From assembly GCA_040285745.1 (NCBI GenBank), contig JAUFOR010000008.1, positions 1,922,001 to 1,986,000 of the forward strand: DNA of 64,000 bases, read 5' to 3'. Shown one piece after another: positions 62,635 through 64,000 of this stretch (the stretch's first letter is position 1; every line of letters begins with the position of its first letter). A model generated the notes under the pieces. That model saw nothing but the letters and a program-made list of their open reading frames with translations. It was not told where the DNA came from and searched no databases. Both the position numbers and the translations under genes were made by a program. Source of the DNA: Barthelona sp. PCE. Its lineage: Eukaryota.

Positions 62635-62914
62635 TGTCTGAAAGGAGTGAGATTAGTAAAACACTTTTAGTTTAGCGAACAAATGATATATTATTGAGTG
62701 TCTATACCAGTAAACATTCTGTAAAAGCGATGTATGAAAAAGGCTTTTGCGTTAAAATGCTTTGGGACTTGCCTGTTTAGTATGTTTTTCTAATTTCATT
62801 TTTTATGGGAAAATTGATGTCTTATAATGTTTTTTGTATCTCATCTCGTTTTACCCGTACAGTTGGTTCTAAATCTGCTTTAAAATATTTCTTTCCTTAC
62901 AAACTTACTTACAT

Positions 62915-64000
62915 ATGTTCAAGCCGGGGAACACACCTGCAAGTGGGCTTTCAGGGGTTCGAAACAATGGAAAGTTTGGAAATCCAAGTTTTATTCAAAA
63001 TAGAAATTTAGCAATCCCTTTAAGTGATACTCTACCTAACGCACTCACCAGCCCTTCGGAATCAAAAGTTAAGAACCCTTTTGTAGGAGATAGCTTTGAG
63101 GAATTGCCTAGTCCCAAGAATGAATCTGATATTATTGTTGAGGACCTTGAAGATGAAAGAATGCGTCAAAACCTGGATGCACGCAAAAAGCGTCGGTTGG
63201 GGGTAAGTTTTGGTACACCAAAAGTACAGTACAGTGTAGCTAATTGTTCATCTCCAAGCCGTTTTCATGTACCAGAGCCTGAAGACAGAGATGGACTTCG
63301 CATATTCATGAATAGTGTTGTTCCAGAGGGTGTAACCTTCCGTTGCACCATCATCCGAGAAAAAAAGGGATTTATCAAAACTAAGAACACTTTTTTTCTT
63401 TACTCTGAGATGACAAAGAGTTTTCTTTGTGGTGCACAAGAACGTAGTGGCCAGACATCCACGAACATAGTGTTTTCTGTTGACAAGCAAGATATTTCTA
63501 GAGATAGCGAATATTTTCTTGGGAAATTACGTCGTCATCTTTTTTCCAAAAATTTTGTCTTATATGATGATGGAGAAAACCCTGAAACTATGAGAAAGGT
63601 TCATGCTAAGCTTCGAAAATCACCACAAGAGATTCATAATATAATCGAAGCCGAAGCGAGAACAGAGCTTGGTTTATTTTGTTATACACGTTCAGCCAAT
63701 AAGGGCATAATGTCAAGCCCAGAACCTGTTGCAAATGAGATATTCCTCCCCAATAGTAGATTGTTTAGACCTACCCATGATATAACTGATGAGTCCATGG
63801 GTCAAAGTTTATATCAATTTTGGGATGACAGAAAGAACGGTAGACAAGTGAACGAATCGCAATGTATGCATTTTGTCACCCGCGAACCCATCTGGAATGC
63901 TGAATATCATGCTTTTTCTCTTGATTTTAAAGGAAGAGTTAGTGAAGGAAGTGTTAAAAATTTTCAATTGGTTAGTGCCAATAATCCGACTGGTAACAGT
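62915..64000 (+). CDS. Tubby-family protein, C-terminus beyond the right edge
   Basis: Manual translation from ATG 62915 (MFKPGNTP...): FRCTIIREKKG, FLGKLR, FVLYDDGENP, RTELG and EPIWNAEYHAFSLDFKGRVSEGSVKNFQL. Confidence 0.93.
   Translation, partial: MFKPGNTPASGLSGVRNNGKFGNPSFIQNRNLAIPLSDTLPNALTSPSESKVKNPFVGDSFEELPSPKNESDIIVEDLEDERMRQNLDARKKRRLGVSFGTPKVQYSVANCSSPSRFHVPEPEDRDGLRIFMNSVVPEGVTFRCTIIREKKGFIKTKNTFFLYSEMTKSFLCGAQERSGQTSTNIVFSVDKQDISRDSEYFLGKLRRHLFSKNFVLYDDGENPETMRKVHAKLRKSPQEIHNIIEAEARTELGLFCYTRSANKGIMSSPEPVANEIFLPNSRLFRPTHDITDESMGQSLYQFWDDRKNGRQVNESQCMHFVTREPIWNAEYHAFSLDFKGRVSEGSVKNFQLVSANNPTGNS

Noticed and set aside
30727..62752. TTGCGT motif in several intergenic regions (30727, 30771, 40462 reverse, 44446, 62747)
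   Set aside because: Picked post hoc, few copies, and it also occurs in coding DNA; not distinguishable from chance here.
62780..62862. Possible intron upstream of Tubby (GTATGT...TACAG)
   Set aside because: No ACTAAC branch point at the expected spacing, and an in-frame stop separates it from the Tubby ORF.
62950..62965. GGTTCGAA resembling a tRNA T-loop
   Set aside because: Lies inside the Tubby CDS with no cloverleaf stems.
264..63490. Numerous 60-170 aa ORFs nested in or antisense to long genes
   Set aside because: No recognisable motifs; typical shadow ORFs of coding DNA.
1..64000. Alternative genetic code (e.g. TAA/TAG = Gln as in hexamitids or ciliates, or TGA recoding)
   Set aside because: Multi-kb ORFs are open under the standard code, and TAA, TAG and TGA all end conserved proteins at plausible C-termini (PP1 TAA, ARL6 TAG, HIT TGA).

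Overview
This is a very gene-dense, intron-poor eukaryotic (protist) nuclear region using the standard genetic code, with about 33 protein-coding genes on frequently alternating strands and intergenic gaps often under 100 bp. Two genes run off the window edges and are missing from the ORF track: a >3418-aa BEACH/WD40 protein (minus strand, 10254 to <1) and a Tubby protein (62915 to >64000). Gene content indicates a flagellate (BBS2, ARL6/BBS3, Tubby, DNAAF5-like, NEK, RNF32-like) and also covers RNA processing (capping guanylyltransferase, Clp1), DNA repair (SNM1, a PARP zinc-finger module), trafficking and two large orphan surface proteins. The one clear intron (in PP1) has a fused branch-point/acceptor, ACTAACCTTTAG. 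About half the gene ends carry a WGTRAA hexamer at or just after the stop codon. Both features resemble Giardia/Trichomonas gene grammar, so I infer a metamonad-like organism. The most unusual items are this compact expression grammar (including two convergent genes sharing one CTAG stop palindrome), a Ubc9-like E2 with a UIM/SIM-like tail, a PARP1-type sensor module with no catalytic domain, and a 3015-aa orphan type I membrane protein. I found no tRNA, rRNA, CRISPR array or mobile element, and no clear multi-gene novel system. All family calls are from motif recognition, not database searches.
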